Source of the DNA: Candidatus Saccharimonadales bacterium | GTDB taxonomy: Bacteria > Patescibacteriota > Saccharimonadia > Saccharimonadales > JAUPVS01 | Assembly (NCBI GenBank): GCA_039920385.1 | Contig: JBDSDR010000004.1 | Span: 20,125 to 84,124 of the forward strand | Length of the DNA stretch: 64,000 bases | Reading direction: 5' to 3' | In this document: positions 46,370-56,214 of the stretch, in pieces | How the letters are laid out: each line of letters starts with the position of its first letter | Position numbering within the stretch: the stretch's first letter is position 1 | Translations under genes and position numbers: made by a program | The notes under the pieces: generated by a model | Seen by the model: the letters and a program-made list of their open reading frames with translations, nothing else | What the model was told of the DNA's origin: nothing | The model's database searches: none

Positions 46370-46403
46370 GAAAACCCCGCTGCAAAACATGAGCGGGGTT
46401 TTC
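46370..46403 (+). terminator. Intrinsic terminator
   Basis: GAAAACCCCGCT...AGCGGGGTTTTC inverted repeat. Confidence 0.75.
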
Positions 46404-46453
46404 ATTTGGCCTCTGTTATGGTATACTTTGCCAGTTGTGCCAACAGCAAGTTT

Positions 46454-46532
46454 GGGTCTCATATTGCTTCGCAATATTGAGCCCTCGTCGGAGAGAGAAA
46501 ATATGTACACACATTTTCTCTACTCCTACCTC
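46454..46532. repeat. Hairpin-rich segment beginning with an 8-bp copy of the tRNA-Glu 5' end
   Basis: GGTCTCAT at 46455 and 46533; hairpins GGGTCTCATATTGC-TTC-GCAATATTGAGCCC and GAGAAAAT...ATTTTCTC. Confidence 0.45.
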
Positions 46533-46607
46533 GGTCTCATCGTCTAACGGTTAGGACACCGGGTTTTCATCCCGGCAATAGGGGTTCGATTCCCCTTGAG
46601 ATCACCA
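46533..46607 (+). tRNA. tRNA-Glu(TTC)
   Basis: Acceptor stem GGTCTCA/TGAGATC, CCGGG-TTTTCAT-CCCGG anticodon arm, GGTTCGATTCC, CCA. Confidence 0.95.
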
Positions 46608-46643
46608 AATAAAGTGCCCCAGCTAGTCTGGGGTATTTTATTT
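46608..46643 (+). terminator. Intrinsic terminator after tRNA-Glu
   Basis: GTGCCCCAG-CTAGT-CTGGGGTAT stem followed by a T-rich tract. Confidence 0.7.
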
Positions 46644-46710
46644 GGTTACTTCATGAATAGCTCTAGCTTATGCTTGCACGACTTACCCAGACAGACTAGT
46701 ATCAACTAAT

Positions 46711-46977
46711 ATGAGGCCTGATCATCCAAACCCACCGCGCAAACCGATTATAATGTCAGAAGAATTGTTACAGCAAGAGTCCCAGGAGCTGGTCTACGAG
46801 GCGCAACGGTACACTTTTCAGGCAGTTGCAAATGAGCGAGCTATTCGACACAATCTAGCCACACCAGAAATATCAGTTGTTCAAAAGACGTTCGAGGCCG
46901 CAGAGCAACTTTATTACCGTGCTTTTGGGGTTATTGGTTTGATATCGGCCGGGTTGTATAAGCGCCCTAAGAGCTAG
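46711..46977 (+). CDS. Hypothetical protein
   Basis: 88-aa ORF filling the intergenic space; TAGTAT 8 nt upstream. Confidence 0.5.
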   Translation: MRPDHPNPPRKPIIMSEELLQQESQELVYEAQRYTFQAVANERAIRHNLATPEISVVQKTFEAAEQLYYRAFGVIGLISAGLYKRPKS

Positions 46978-48305
46978 CTCAGAACAATCGTGGCAAGACC
47001 TAGGAACGCCAAGAAACCAAGCACGTCAGTGGCGGTGGTGATAAATATGGTTGCCGAGGCAGCTGGGTCTTTGCCAAGTTTAGCCATAAGCAGGGGTACC
47101 AGGGTTCCAAAAAAGGCGGCGACTAACAAGTTGATGATCATGGCAATGGCCAGAATGAAAGCAATCTTATAGTCATGGTTAACTAAAATGACCACTGATG
47201 CCACCAGGACACCGTTAATTAAGCCATTGACTAGAGCCGCTCCCAGTTCGTTACGAAGCGTCTTCCAAGCTGTCTTTAGCTCAATTTGCTTAAGTGAAAT
47301 ACCCCGTACCTGGACGGCTAGTGTCTGAGTTGCCGCATTACCGCCCATTCCAGCTACAATCGGCATGTAAATCGCTAGCAGCACATATTTATTAAGAGTG
47401 CCTTCAAACAGCCCAATCGTAAAGGCTGCCAAAAAGGCCGTACCCAGGTTAATAATCAGCCAGCGGTAGCGGTTTTTAATCTTCATGCGTGAGGAGTCGG
47501 TGACACTCTCTTCTTGGCTAATACCGGCAAAGTTATACAAAGATGAGCCTTCGCGCTCCTGCATCAACTTGAGCATGTCGTCGGAGTAAATAATACCTAC
47601 TACGTCGCCGGCATCATTGAGTACGGCTATTTTGGCATGTGGGTGAGCGTGAAAGGCATGTTCGACATCGTGGTGAGTAGCGGCGTAAGAAATTGACGGG
47701 ATTCGCTTGACGTACTTGCCAATCAATTCACTTTTGGCGGCAAAGCCCAGTTCATGCCCCGGTAAAAAGCCTACTAGACCTCCATCCTTTAAGGCTAATA
47801 TGACCGGTGGACGACCGGTACGGGTTTCATGTTGTCTAAATTTATGAGCAACCTCAGATACGCTATCTTTTATATCAACCTGAATATAGTCGAGGGTCAT
47901 AAGACCGGCCGCAGTGGCGGCGTCAAACTCCAAGAGCGTAGATAAAGAGTCTTTTAAGCCTTGGCTAAGTAGTAGTAATACTTTTTCGCGTTTCTTTTTG
48001 CTAATAAGCTGCAGAATATCGGTGGCTTCATCAGGGTCCATCGTCTCTAGGATCATGACGACATCTTCATCAGAGATTTTCTGCAAGATATCCTTACGCA
48101 CACTCTTGGTGACCGAACGAAGTAGTTCGATGCGTTTGTCAGGAGGTGAAGCCAAGAATAGGTCGACCCGTTTATCCTTGCGGAACATAATATCGGCCAC
48201 CGCTACGGGGTTGGCTTTTTTAGTCAGCTGTTGGCCAATAGCTAGGCTCTTATCAATAATTTTGGCTGGGGCTTCAGCACTTTTTTGAAGAATATTTTTT
48301 GTCAT
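46974..48305 (-). CDS. mgtE: Magnesium transporter MgtE
   Basis: MgtE N-domain, AAGLMT, CBS pair, GMGGNAATQT, DPA and TTATD; start probably ATG 48305. Confidence 0.92.
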   Translation of the reverse strand: MTKNILQKSAEAPAKIIDKSLAIGQQLTKKANPVAVADIMFRKDKRVDLFLASPPDKRIELLRSVTKSVRKDILQKISDEDVVMILETMDPDEATDILQLISKKKREKVLLLLSQGLKDSLSTLLEFDAATAAGLMTLDYIQVDIKDSVSEVAHKFRQHETRTGRPPVILALKDGGLVGFLPGHELGFAAKSELIGKYVKRIPSISYAATHHDVEHAFHAHPHAKIAVLNDAGDVVGIIYSDDMLKLMQEREGSSLYNFAGISQEESVTDSSRMKIKNRYRWLIINLGTAFLAAFTIGLFEGTLNKYVLLAIYMPIVAGMGGNAATQTLAVQVRGISLKQIELKTAWKTLRNELGAALVNGLINGVLVASVVILVNHDYKIAFILAIAMIINLLVAAFFGTLVPLLMAKLGKDPAASATIFITTATDVLGFLAFLGLATIVLS

Positions 48306-48388
48306 AGTTTTTACGGCTTCTTGGTAATTATAACAAATATCGGTCATACCCCTATGATTTATAGCCATAAGCAAGTAAAATTAAACTA

Positions 48389-49819
48389 ATGAATATGACG
48401 ACTCAGGCACCCAAAGTGCCCTTATCTCGATTTAAAAGAACCAAGATCATCGCCACAGTTGGACCATCAACCAACAGCTATGAAGCCGTCTTGGAGTTAA
48501 TTAAAGCCGGCGCCAATGGCATCCGACTCAATTTTAGCCATGGTAATTACGAAGAACGTGATGATCAGATAAAATGGATTCGCAAGGCTAGTAAAGAATA
48601 CGGCAAACCAGTCGCTATTATCCAAGATTTGCAAGGCCCCAAAATTCGCTTAGGCGACTTTGAAGGGATTATTAATGTTCAAAAGGGGCAAAGCCTACAA
48701 TTCGGGTATAAGGCTGATATGGAGCGCTCTGGACTTATTCCGACTCAGTATGATTTAAGTAAAAAAGTGAAGCGCGGTGAGCGATTATATTTGTATGACG
48801 GCAAAATTCGTACCACGGTTACTAGCGTGCAAGATGGTGTTGTCCACGCCCAAGCCGAAAACGACGGCATTTTAATAAAACGCAAAGGCATTAATCTGCC
48901 AGACACCGACTTTGACGGGGATATTATTACCATCAAGGACAAAAAAGATATTACATTTGGCTCAACCCGTGATATCGATTACGTAGCTTTGAGTTTTGTG
49001 CAACGAGCCGAAGATATTGAACAGCTTAGGAAACGTTTAAAGAATCTTGGTAGCACAGCTCGAATTATTGCTAAAATTGAAACCAAAGCCTCGATCGATA
49101 ACCTCGAGGAGATTATACAAGCGACCGACGCGGTTATGGTGGCGCGCGGCGACTTGGCAATCGAAACCAATGCCGAAGCCGTGCCAATTGTGCAACGTCG
49201 AATTATTGGCCTAGGCTTAGCCCACGCTAAACCAACCATTGTTGCCACCCAAATGCTGGCTAGTATGACAGAAATGCCCGAACCGACTCGTGCCGAAGTC
49301 TCGGATGTGGCTACAGCAGTAATCATTGGCGCCGATTGTGTAATGCTGAGTGATGAAACTGCCAATGGCCAGTACCCAATCGAAGCAGTTAGTGTTATGA
49401 AGCGAGTTACGACTTATACCGAACGCAATAATCCGTTAACAGTCCAGTTTCCGGGAGAGCCTGATCACTCCCGGCAAAGCTCGGTCTGCACAGCAGTGAT
49501 TAACTTAGCTCACGATTTGCAGGCTAATGCCATTGTGGCCGAAACCCAGTCTGGTGCAACTGCCTTGCAGTTAGCGACCCGACGACCGAACGTCCCCTTA
49601 ATTGCGGTTACCCCAGATAAGCGGGTGGCTCAGCAGTTGGCGATTGTGTTTGGGGCTAAGGCCTATGTTAGACCGGCCGACAAAATGGCGGCAACTAAGC
49701 TTACTAACTGGCTGCAGCTCAATAAGGTGCTTAGCAAAGGCGATATTGTCGTAACTGCCTCTGGTAAGCATCCGGGTGTGGTCGGCACGACAGATACAAT
49801 AAAGGTCCGAGTACTTTAG
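48389..49819 (+). CDS. pyk: Pyruvate kinase
   Basis: RTKIIATVGP, RLNFSHG, DLQGPKIR, AKIE, MVARGDL and MLSDETA motifs. Confidence 0.97.
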   Translation: MNMTTQAPKVPLSRFKRTKIIATVGPSTNSYEAVLELIKAGANGIRLNFSHGNYEERDDQIKWIRKASKEYGKPVAIIQDLQGPKIRLGDFEGIINVQKGQSLQFGYKADMERSGLIPTQYDLSKKVKRGERLYLYDGKIRTTVTSVQDGVVHAQAENDGILIKRKGINLPDTDFDGDIITIKDKKDITFGSTRDIDYVALSFVQRAEDIEQLRKRLKNLGSTARIIAKIETKASIDNLEEIIQATDAVMVARGDLAIETNAEAVPIVQRRIIGLGLAHAKPTIVATQMLASMTEMPEPTRAEVSDVATAVIIGADCVMLSDETANGQYPIEAVSVMKRVTTYTERNNPLTVQFPGEPDHSRQSSVCTAVINLAHDLQANAIVAETQSGATALQLATRRPNVPLIAVTPDKRVAQQLAIVFGAKAYVRPADKMAATKLTNWLQLNKVLSKGDIVVTASGKHPGVVGTTDTIKVRVL

Positions 49820-49829
49820 GTTACAAAGG

Positions 49830-51137
49830 GTGGGTGATTTGGTGAATTTTAGCAAACAGACAATTCGGGACATAAAGCTGAGCGGTAAGCGGGTATTATT
49901 GCGTGCCGATTATAACGTGCCACTCCGCGCCGACGGTAAAATTGCTGGGGACTACCGGATTCGCCAATCCTTGCCAACCATCGAATATCTAATCAAGCAG
50001 GGCTGCAAAATCGTCATAATCTCCCACATGGGGCGCCCTAAAACCAAGCACGATAAACATCTTAGCCTTCGGCCGGTTGCTCGGCATTTGCAGGATTTGC
50101 TTGGCAAGAAAGTAGCTTTCGCAGAAGATTGCATTGGCCCTATTGCCGAAAAGGCAGCTGCCAAACTCGAACCCGGGCAGGTCCTACTTTTAGAAAATTT
50201 ACGATTTCATCCCGAGGAAGAAGCCAACGACAAACACTTTGTTGAGGCTCTAGCTCGGCTTGGTGACATTTTTGTGCAAGATGGCTTTGGTGTAGTCCAT
50301 CGGGTCCATGCTTCTACCGAAGGCATAACTCATGCCCTACCGAGTGTGGCCGGTTTATTGCTAGATAAGGAAGTGACTGCTCTAACTGGAGCCATGGATA
50401 ACCCCAAGCGCCCGTTAATGGCGATTATTGGTGGCGCCAAGATAACCGACAAAATTGGCGTTATTAAGCGTTTCATTGAAGTTTCTAACTTTGTTGTAAT
50501 CGGTGGCGCTATGGCTAATACCTTTTTACAGGCTCAAGGTGTTGACACCGGCCGAAGTGTTAGCGTGCCAGAAGATATACCATTGGCTAAAGACATCATA
50601 GCCCTTGCCAAAGTTAAAGCCGCTAAGGGCGACTTTGTGTTTTATATACCGCAAGATGGGGTGGTGGCGGCTTCGCTGGATAGCCGGGCTCATACGCGGA
50701 TTGTCGACTGGCAGGCTCATGTGATTGCCGATATTGAGAACTATCCAAAACGGCCACCACGCGAGGCCAGTAAAATTAATAAGAATGAGTTAATCCTTGA
50801 TGTTGGGCCATTTTCGGGAGCCTTTATCGCCGGCGGCATACAACTGGCCAGCACGGTCATCTGGAATGGCACTATGGGAGTTACCGAAGTTAGCCCGCTG
50901 AGTGGTCTTGGCCCAACTGGCCCGTTCGCGCACGGCACCGAATTAATTGTAGAAGCCTTGTTAGGGCAGTTTGGCCACCGGCCTTTTAGTATTGTGGGCG
51001 GTGGTGATACGGTTAGCTACGTCGAGAGTCGTCAATTAACCGATAGTTTTAACCACGTTTCAACTGGTGGCGGTGCCAGCTTAGAGCTGATGAGTGGTAA
51101 AAAACTGCCTGGAATTGAGGCTCTGAAGAATAAATGA
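49830..51137 (+). CDS. pgk: Phosphoglycerate kinase
   Basis: RADYNVP, SHMGRP, LLENLRF, GGAK, WNG, GGGDT and STGGGASL motifs. Confidence 0.97.
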   Translation: MGDLVNFSKQTIRDIKLSGKRVLLRADYNVPLRADGKIAGDYRIRQSLPTIEYLIKQGCKIVIISHMGRPKTKHDKHLSLRPVARHLQDLLGKKVAFAEDCIGPIAEKAAAKLEPGQVLLLENLRFHPEEEANDKHFVEALARLGDIFVQDGFGVVHRVHASTEGITHALPSVAGLLLDKEVTALTGAMDNPKRPLMAIIGGAKITDKIGVIKRFIEVSNFVVIGGAMANTFLQAQGVDTGRSVSVPEDIPLAKDIIALAKVKAAKGDFVFYIPQDGVVAASLDSRAHTRIVDWQAHVIADIENYPKRPPREASKINKNELILDVGPFSGAFIAGGIQLASTVIWNGTMGVTEVSPLSGLGPTGPFAHGTELIVEALLGQFGHRPFSIVGGGDTVSYVESRQLTDSFNHVSTGGGASLELMSGKKLPGIEALKNK

Positions 51138-51159
51138 GGTACAATTAAACATAATCATT

Positions 51160-51936
51160 ATGGCAGAACGAACTCTTATTATAGGCAATTGGAAAATGCA
51201 TCTCAATGTTAGCCAGGCTAGTCTTTTGCTGCATCGACTGCAAGAGAGAATTCGAATCAGCAATGATATAGAAGTTGTTTTAGCGCCCAGTATGTTGGTA
51301 CTACAGCCTTTGTCTGTCCGTTTGGATCGTCGTAAGTTCCGCTTAGCTGCCCAGAACGCCTATGCTAAAGACGAAGGTGCTTTTACTGGCGAAGTCTCAT
51401 TCACGATGTTGCGCGACCTTGTCCATTACGTTATTATTGGCCATTCCGAGCGCCGGACTTACTTTAATGAAACCTTGCCAATGATTCGCGACAAAGTCGC
51501 CGCCGCCGTTCGAAACGAAATTGTCCCAGTATTGTGTGTTGGCGAAACTAAGCAGGAGCGCAAAAACGGTGAAACACGTCAGGTCTTGCACGATCAGGTC
51601 AGTACAGCTTTAGCAGATCTTACCGCCAAAGAAGTCCAAGACTTAGTAATTGCTTACGAACCAGTCTGGGCAATTGGCAAAGGCGATCCCGCCAAACCCG
51701 ATCAAATCGAAGAAGCGATTGCTTATATTCGTCTGCAAATTGAGCATTTGTATGGTAAAAAAGCCGCCCAGGCTGTTCGAGTAATCTATGGTGCCAGTGT
51801 CGAGCCTGAATTTACTGGGGGTATATTGCAGCTCAAAGGAGTTGACGGCCTATTGGTCGGAGGCGCCAGTGTTAACTACCATCAGTTTTCGGCAATTGTC
51901 GATGCTGCCTATAAACTGCAACGAAAAGCAGAATAA
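51160..51936 (+). CDS. tpiA: Triosephosphate isomerase
   Basis: GNWKM, GHSERR, AYEPVWAIG and LVGGAS motifs. Confidence 0.97.
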   Translation: MAERTLIIGNWKMHLNVSQASLLLHRLQERIRISNDIEVVLAPSMLVLQPLSVRLDRRKFRLAAQNAYAKDEGAFTGEVSFTMLRDLVHYVIIGHSERRTYFNETLPMIRDKVAAAVRNEIVPVLCVGETKQERKNGETRQVLHDQVSTALADLTAKEVQDLVIAYEPVWAIGKGDPAKPDQIEEAIAYIRLQIEHLYGKKAAQAVRVIYGASVEPEFTGGILQLKGVDGLLVGGASVNYHQFSAIVDAAYKLQRKAE

Positions 51937-51976
51937 CACAACAAGAATAAGCTCTTCCGGCTGATATAATAATCGG

Positions 51977-54121
51977 GTGTTAGAAGACGTATTAATAGGG
52001 TTAAACCAAGAGCAACAAAAGGCCGTTCAAGCAACCGAGGGGCCTTTATTAATCTTGGCTGGTGCCGGCAGTGGTAAAACCAAAACTCTAACCCATCGAA
52101 TTGCTTATATTATTGCCAGCAAAAAGGCCACACCATTCAATATTCTTTCGGTAACCTTTACCAATAAAGCGGCTGGTGAAATGCGCGAACGGGTTGCCAA
52201 TTTACTGGGTGCGCGGGCCGAAGACCGATCGTTTATGCCCTACATGGGTACCTTTCACAGTATCTGTGTAAGACTTCTGCGCCAAGATGGCGAAGCGATT
52301 GGTATCCCGCGTAATTTTATTATTTTTGATGAGTCCGATCGCCAATCGACGGTTAAGCGTATCAGCAAGCAGTTACATATTGATGAAAAAAGCTTTCCAG
52401 CCAGAGTGATTGGCGGGTTAATTAGTAGTGCTAAAAACGAGCTAATGACGCCTCAGGCCTATGCTGGGACGGCTAACACACCAGCCCAAAAAGTCGCCGC
52501 TCAAATTTTTCCGCTGTATCAATCGGCATTGCGTGATGCCATGGCACTCGACTTCGACGATTTAATTAGTCGTACCGTATCACTCATGGAAACCCAGGCC
52601 GAAGTTCGTAATAAATGGCAGCAACAGTTTAAGTACGTCATGATTGACGAGTATCAAGACACCAACACCGCTCAGTACAAGCTCGTTAAACTATTAACTA
52701 ACAAGGATAACAATGTAGCCGTGGTAGGCGACGATTGGCAAAGTATTTATTCTTGGCGGGGCGCCGATTTTCGGAACATTTTAAATTTCGAAAAAGATTT
52801 TCCCAAATGTACCGTCATTAAGTTAGAACAAAACTACCGAAGTACCAAGGCTATCCTAGAAGCTGCCCATGCCGTGATTAGCCAAAACCAGCAACGTTCC
52901 GACAAAAAACTCTGGACCGATGCCGGCAACGGTTCACCGGTACAGGTCATACCAGTTGGTAACGAACGGGCCGAAGGGGAGGCGATTGTGCGCCGAATTC
53001 GTACCAGTACAGATATTAAGGCGCGCAATTTCCGTGACTACGCTATTCTCTATAGGACTAATGCGCAAAGCCGCTCTATCGAGGAAACCTTTATACATTA
53101 CGGCATCCCTTATCGGATTGTGGGTGGTCAACGCTTTTATGACCGCAAAGAAATCAAAGATATTGTGGCATATTTACGGCTTATTTATCAGGCCGAGGAT
53201 CGGGCTAGTTTTGATCGGGTGGTTAACGTGCCAACCCGTGGCATAGGGGCTAAGTCGTTACAAAATTTTCAGGCTTGGCAAAGCCAAAATGGCCTAAGTT
53301 TGGAAGAAGCTTTGCGGACTGCTGGTAGCTGCTCGACGATTACTGGCAAAGCTCGGCAAGGTCTGAGTGAGCTGGCCGACATTATTCAGTCTTGCCGCAA
53401 CCTAATGGAAGATACACCTTTACCAACCTTGCTAGATTCGCTGATTCGGCGACTTGATTACCTGCGTTTTTTGGATGATGGCACGCCGCAGGGCGAATCG
53501 CGCAAAGAGAATGTCCAAGAACTAATTAGTGTCGCTCAGACCTATCAAGAGCTTGGTCTGGCTGGCTTCCTGGAAGAGGTGTCGCTAATTAGTGATCTTG
53601 ATAGTTACGAAGCTGGTGGTAATGCCGTGACTTTAATGACTTTGCATGCTGCTAAAGGGCTGGAGTTCCCGGTAGTGTTTATGGCCGGCATGGAAGAAAC
53701 TATCTTTCCACACTCCCGGGCACTATATGATCAGTCTGAGATGGAGGAAGAGCGGCGACTTTGTTATGTTGGTATGACCCGGGCCAGGGAGGAGCTATGT
53801 TTAATCCATGCGAGTAGCCGTTTGTTGTATGGCGGCGTCCAGCATAATCCACCCAGCCGTTTCTTAAGCGAAATCGACGGTCAAGTCCAAACTAGCCCTA
53901 GCTCGTTTGGCAACCCCTTTGAGGCCGCTCAGCAATATCAACAAACCAGCGACGAACCGCAATATGTCCCCGATTTGAACGAAGGTGACGCAGTTAAGCA
54001 TAAGGTTTTTGGTATTGGCACAGTACTCGAGATGGACGGCGAAAATGCCACAATATATTTTAAAGGCAAGGGGACTAAAAAGCTTAATGTAGCTTTTGCA
54101 CCCCTCGAAAAACTAGGATGA
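51977..54121 (+). CDS. pcrA: ATP-dependent DNA helicase PcrA/UvrD
   Basis: AGAGSGKT, TFTNKAA, DEYQDTN, QSIYSWRGA, QNYRS, HAAKGLEF and EERRLCYVGMTRA motifs. Confidence 0.96.
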   Translation: MLEDVLIGLNQEQQKAVQATEGPLLILAGAGSGKTKTLTHRIAYIIASKKATPFNILSVTFTNKAAGEMRERVANLLGARAEDRSFMPYMGTFHSICVRLLRQDGEAIGIPRNFIIFDESDRQSTVKRISKQLHIDEKSFPARVIGGLISSAKNELMTPQAYAGTANTPAQKVAAQIFPLYQSALRDAMALDFDDLISRTVSLMETQAEVRNKWQQQFKYVMIDEYQDTNTAQYKLVKLLTNKDNNVAVVGDDWQSIYSWRGADFRNILNFEKDFPKCTVIKLEQNYRSTKAILEAAHAVISQNQQRSDKKLWTDAGNGSPVQVIPVGNERAEGEAIVRRIRTSTDIKARNFRDYAILYRTNAQSRSIEETFIHYGIPYRIVGGQRFYDRKEIKDIVAYLRLIYQAEDRASFDRVVNVPTRGIGAKSLQNFQAWQSQNGLSLEEALRTAGSCSTITGKARQGLSELADIIQSCRNLMEDTPLPTLLDSLIRRLDYLRFLDDGTPQGESRKENVQELISVAQTYQELGLAGFLEEVSLISDLDSYEAGGNAVTLMTLHAAKGLEFPVVFMAGMEETIFPHSRALYDQSEMEEERRLCYVGMTRAREELCLIHASSRLLYGGVQHNPPSRFLSEIDGQVQTSPSSFGNPFEAAQQYQQTSDEPQYVPDLNEGDAVKHKVFGIGTVLEMDGENATIYFKGKGTKKLNVAFAPLEKLG

Positions 54122-54591
54122 GTCGAGTTTGGCGCAAGACCGGCAATATCGCCTTTTGGCTTAGCTATCCGTTGTTGCAAGTTTATTTGAGGATTGGCTG
54201 GCGTACCAGAGTAGTAGTGGTAGTGGGAACGGATATTCTGTTGGTAAAAGGCTGGCTGGGCTCTAATCAGTGGCAATTACCGGGGGGTGGTGCTCACCGC
54301 GGTGAGCCTCATGTCGAAGCGGCCTGCCGAGAATTAAAAGAAGAAACTGGCATCACAGTTACCCCCAAAGCGCTTAAATTATTGTACCAAGACCGATCTA
54401 GCCATAAGGGTTTAAGTTTTCGCTATCGATGTTACGGGCTTCGGCTAGACACCCGACCGATTGTCAAAAAAAAGGCTTTTGAAATTGTTGAAACTGCTTG
54501 GCTACCGCTGCAAATGGTTACTAAAGAGAACGCTACCCAAGAGACTTGTCAGGCTACCCGTGCTTGGTTGAAGCAGTCTGATTTGCTATAA
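54118..54591 (+). CDS. NUDIX hydrolase
   Basis: Nudix box GGGAHRGEPHVEAACRELKEETG. Confidence 0.88.
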   Translation: MSRVWRKTGNIAFWLSYPLLQVYLRIGWRTRVVVVVGTDILLVKGWLGSNQWQLPGGGAHRGEPHVEAACRELKEETGITVTPKALKLLYQDRSSHKGLSFRYRCYGLRLDTRPIVKKKAFEIVETAWLPLQMVTKENATQETCQATRAWLKQSDLL

Positions 54592-54665
54592 TAGTAAAGC
54601 TATTTTGGAGGGTTGGTGTATTGAAAGACTTGTTTTAACGCGGCCTCTAAACCATAGCTAACACT

Positions 54666-55880
54666 ATGAAATCACCTAAACCACTATCTAAACTCCCCAC
54701 CTATAGTCTTAAAAACCATCCATTCGTGGTACCGGTTGTTACTTTTTTGTGTCTTTTTATCGTTAGTCTAATCTCGTTTGTGTTTATGGGGGGTAGTACT
54801 CTCAAAGCAAACGATAGTCATATTGTGCATGTACATGTTGATGGTAAAGAACAGATTTTGCCCAGCCGGGCCGAGAAAGTCAGTGACTTGCTTCAACAAA
54901 CCAAAATCGAAATCGGTGAGCACGATGTTGTCGAGCCAGCACTCGATGCCCAAGTCACCGAAGATAATTTTAGTGTCAATGTTTATCGGGCTCATCCGGT
55001 AACAATTATCGAGGATAAAGCCGACGGCAAAAAGACCTCAATTACTACCTACACCGCTCAAGACTCACCCAACGAAATTGCTAAGCAGGCTGGCATAACT
55101 CTTTTACCAGAGGATAAAGCTACTGTAACTCGATCCGATAACGTCCTTCAAGAAGGGATTATTAACCAAAAGGTAGTTATAGAACGAGCTACCCCCATTA
55201 AGCTAAATCTGTATGGTGTCACCTACGACGTTCGAACGCACGCTCAAACTGTTGAGGATCTCTTGAAAGAACGCGGCATAGCTTATGATTCAGCGTCAGT
55301 CTCACCAGCTTTGACGACGCCCTTAACACCAGGCAGCGCCGTGTTTGTAACAAATGTAGGCAAGAAGATTACCACTACCGAAGAAGCCATCCCGAATGTC
55401 GAAAACAGCGTAACCGATCCTAACTTACCAGTTGGGCAGACGGCTGTACAAATTGAGGGAGCGCCTGGTTTGAAGGTAGTGATTTATGAGGTAGCGGCCG
55501 ACGGAACCCAGAAGGCTTTGCAAGAAGTAATCGTCAGGGAACCAGTGGCACGAGTAATCGCTCGTGGAACCAAGGTGGTTAATACCAGAATTGCTGGCGA
55601 TAAATCATCTATCCTAGCAGCAGCAGGCGTGCCTGATTCGCAGCATTTTGCGGCTGACTTTGTAATCGCCCGCGAATCTGGCTGGAATTTAGCCGCCCAA
55701 AATGCTGGCGGTTGTTTAGGCTTGGGGCAAGCCTGCCCGGGCGGTAAGCTAATTAATGCCTGCCCTAACTGGCAAAGCGATGCCACTTGCCAAGTCCGAT
55801 TTTTCTCAGGCTACGCCAACGGTCGGTATGGTAGTTGGCAAGGTGCTTACAATTTCTGGCTAATTAATCATTGGTGGTAA
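54666..55880 (+). CDS. YabE/RpfB-like cell-wall hydrolase (DUF348 repeats, G5 domain, lysozyme-like domain)
   Basis: TM; ubiquitin-like DUF348 repeats; G5 (EGAPG...RGTK); C-terminal ARESGWN...GLGQA...YGSW; upstream of rsmA. Confidence 0.85.
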   Translation: MKSPKPLSKLPTYSLKNHPFVVPVVTFLCLFIVSLISFVFMGGSTLKANDSHIVHVHVDGKEQILPSRAEKVSDLLQQTKIEIGEHDVVEPALDAQVTEDNFSVNVYRAHPVTIIEDKADGKKTSITTYTAQDSPNEIAKQAGITLLPEDKATVTRSDNVLQEGIINQKVVIERATPIKLNLYGVTYDVRTHAQTVEDLLKERGIAYDSASVSPALTTPLTPGSAVFVTNVGKKITTTEEAIPNVENSVTDPNLPVGQTAVQIEGAPGLKVVIYEVAADGTQKALQEVIVREPVARVIARGTKVVNTRIAGDKSSILAAAGVPDSQHFAADFVIARESGWNLAAQNAGGCLGLGQACPGGKLINACPNWQSDATCQVRFFSGYANGRYGSWQGAYNFWLINHWW

Positions 55881-55989
55881 AATCCGCCCAAACTGAAATA
55901 GGTTGCGGCTTCGACCTCAAGGGTCTGCAGATGCAACCTATTTCAGTTTGAGCTTCAGTCCTAATGAAAGCCGGTGGTATACTGGGGGC

Positions 55990-56211
55990 ATGAATGAAAT
56001 CCCAGTTCCCCCAGAAGAGACGGGCGAAATACCACAGCCTGAAGTTGAACAATTGGTGGCTATGAGTTGCTTGATGGAAGCTGCTGCTAGAGAACGTGAC
56101 TATAGGGAGAGTAGGGAAGTAACGCGACGATACTTGGCTAAGAGTGCTCATAGACATGGTCGGTTTCCTGGCGCACCACCTCCTTCAGAGCGAACACTCC
56201 GAGGCTATTAG
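55990..56211 (+). CDS. Hypothetical protein (73 aa)
   Basis: MNEIPVPPEE...; TGGTATACT 6 nt before ATG 55990; ends 3 nt before rsmA. Confidence 0.5.
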   Translation: MNEIPVPPEETGEIPQPEVEQLVAMSCLMEAAARERDYRESREVTRRYLAKSAHRHGRFPGAPPPSERTLRGY

Positions 56212-56214
56212 TCA

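Noticed and set aside
50640-50940. Short insertions in PGK relative to typical bacterial sequences
   Set aside because: All catalytic motifs are intact and the inserts look like surface loops; nothing suggests an intein or new function.
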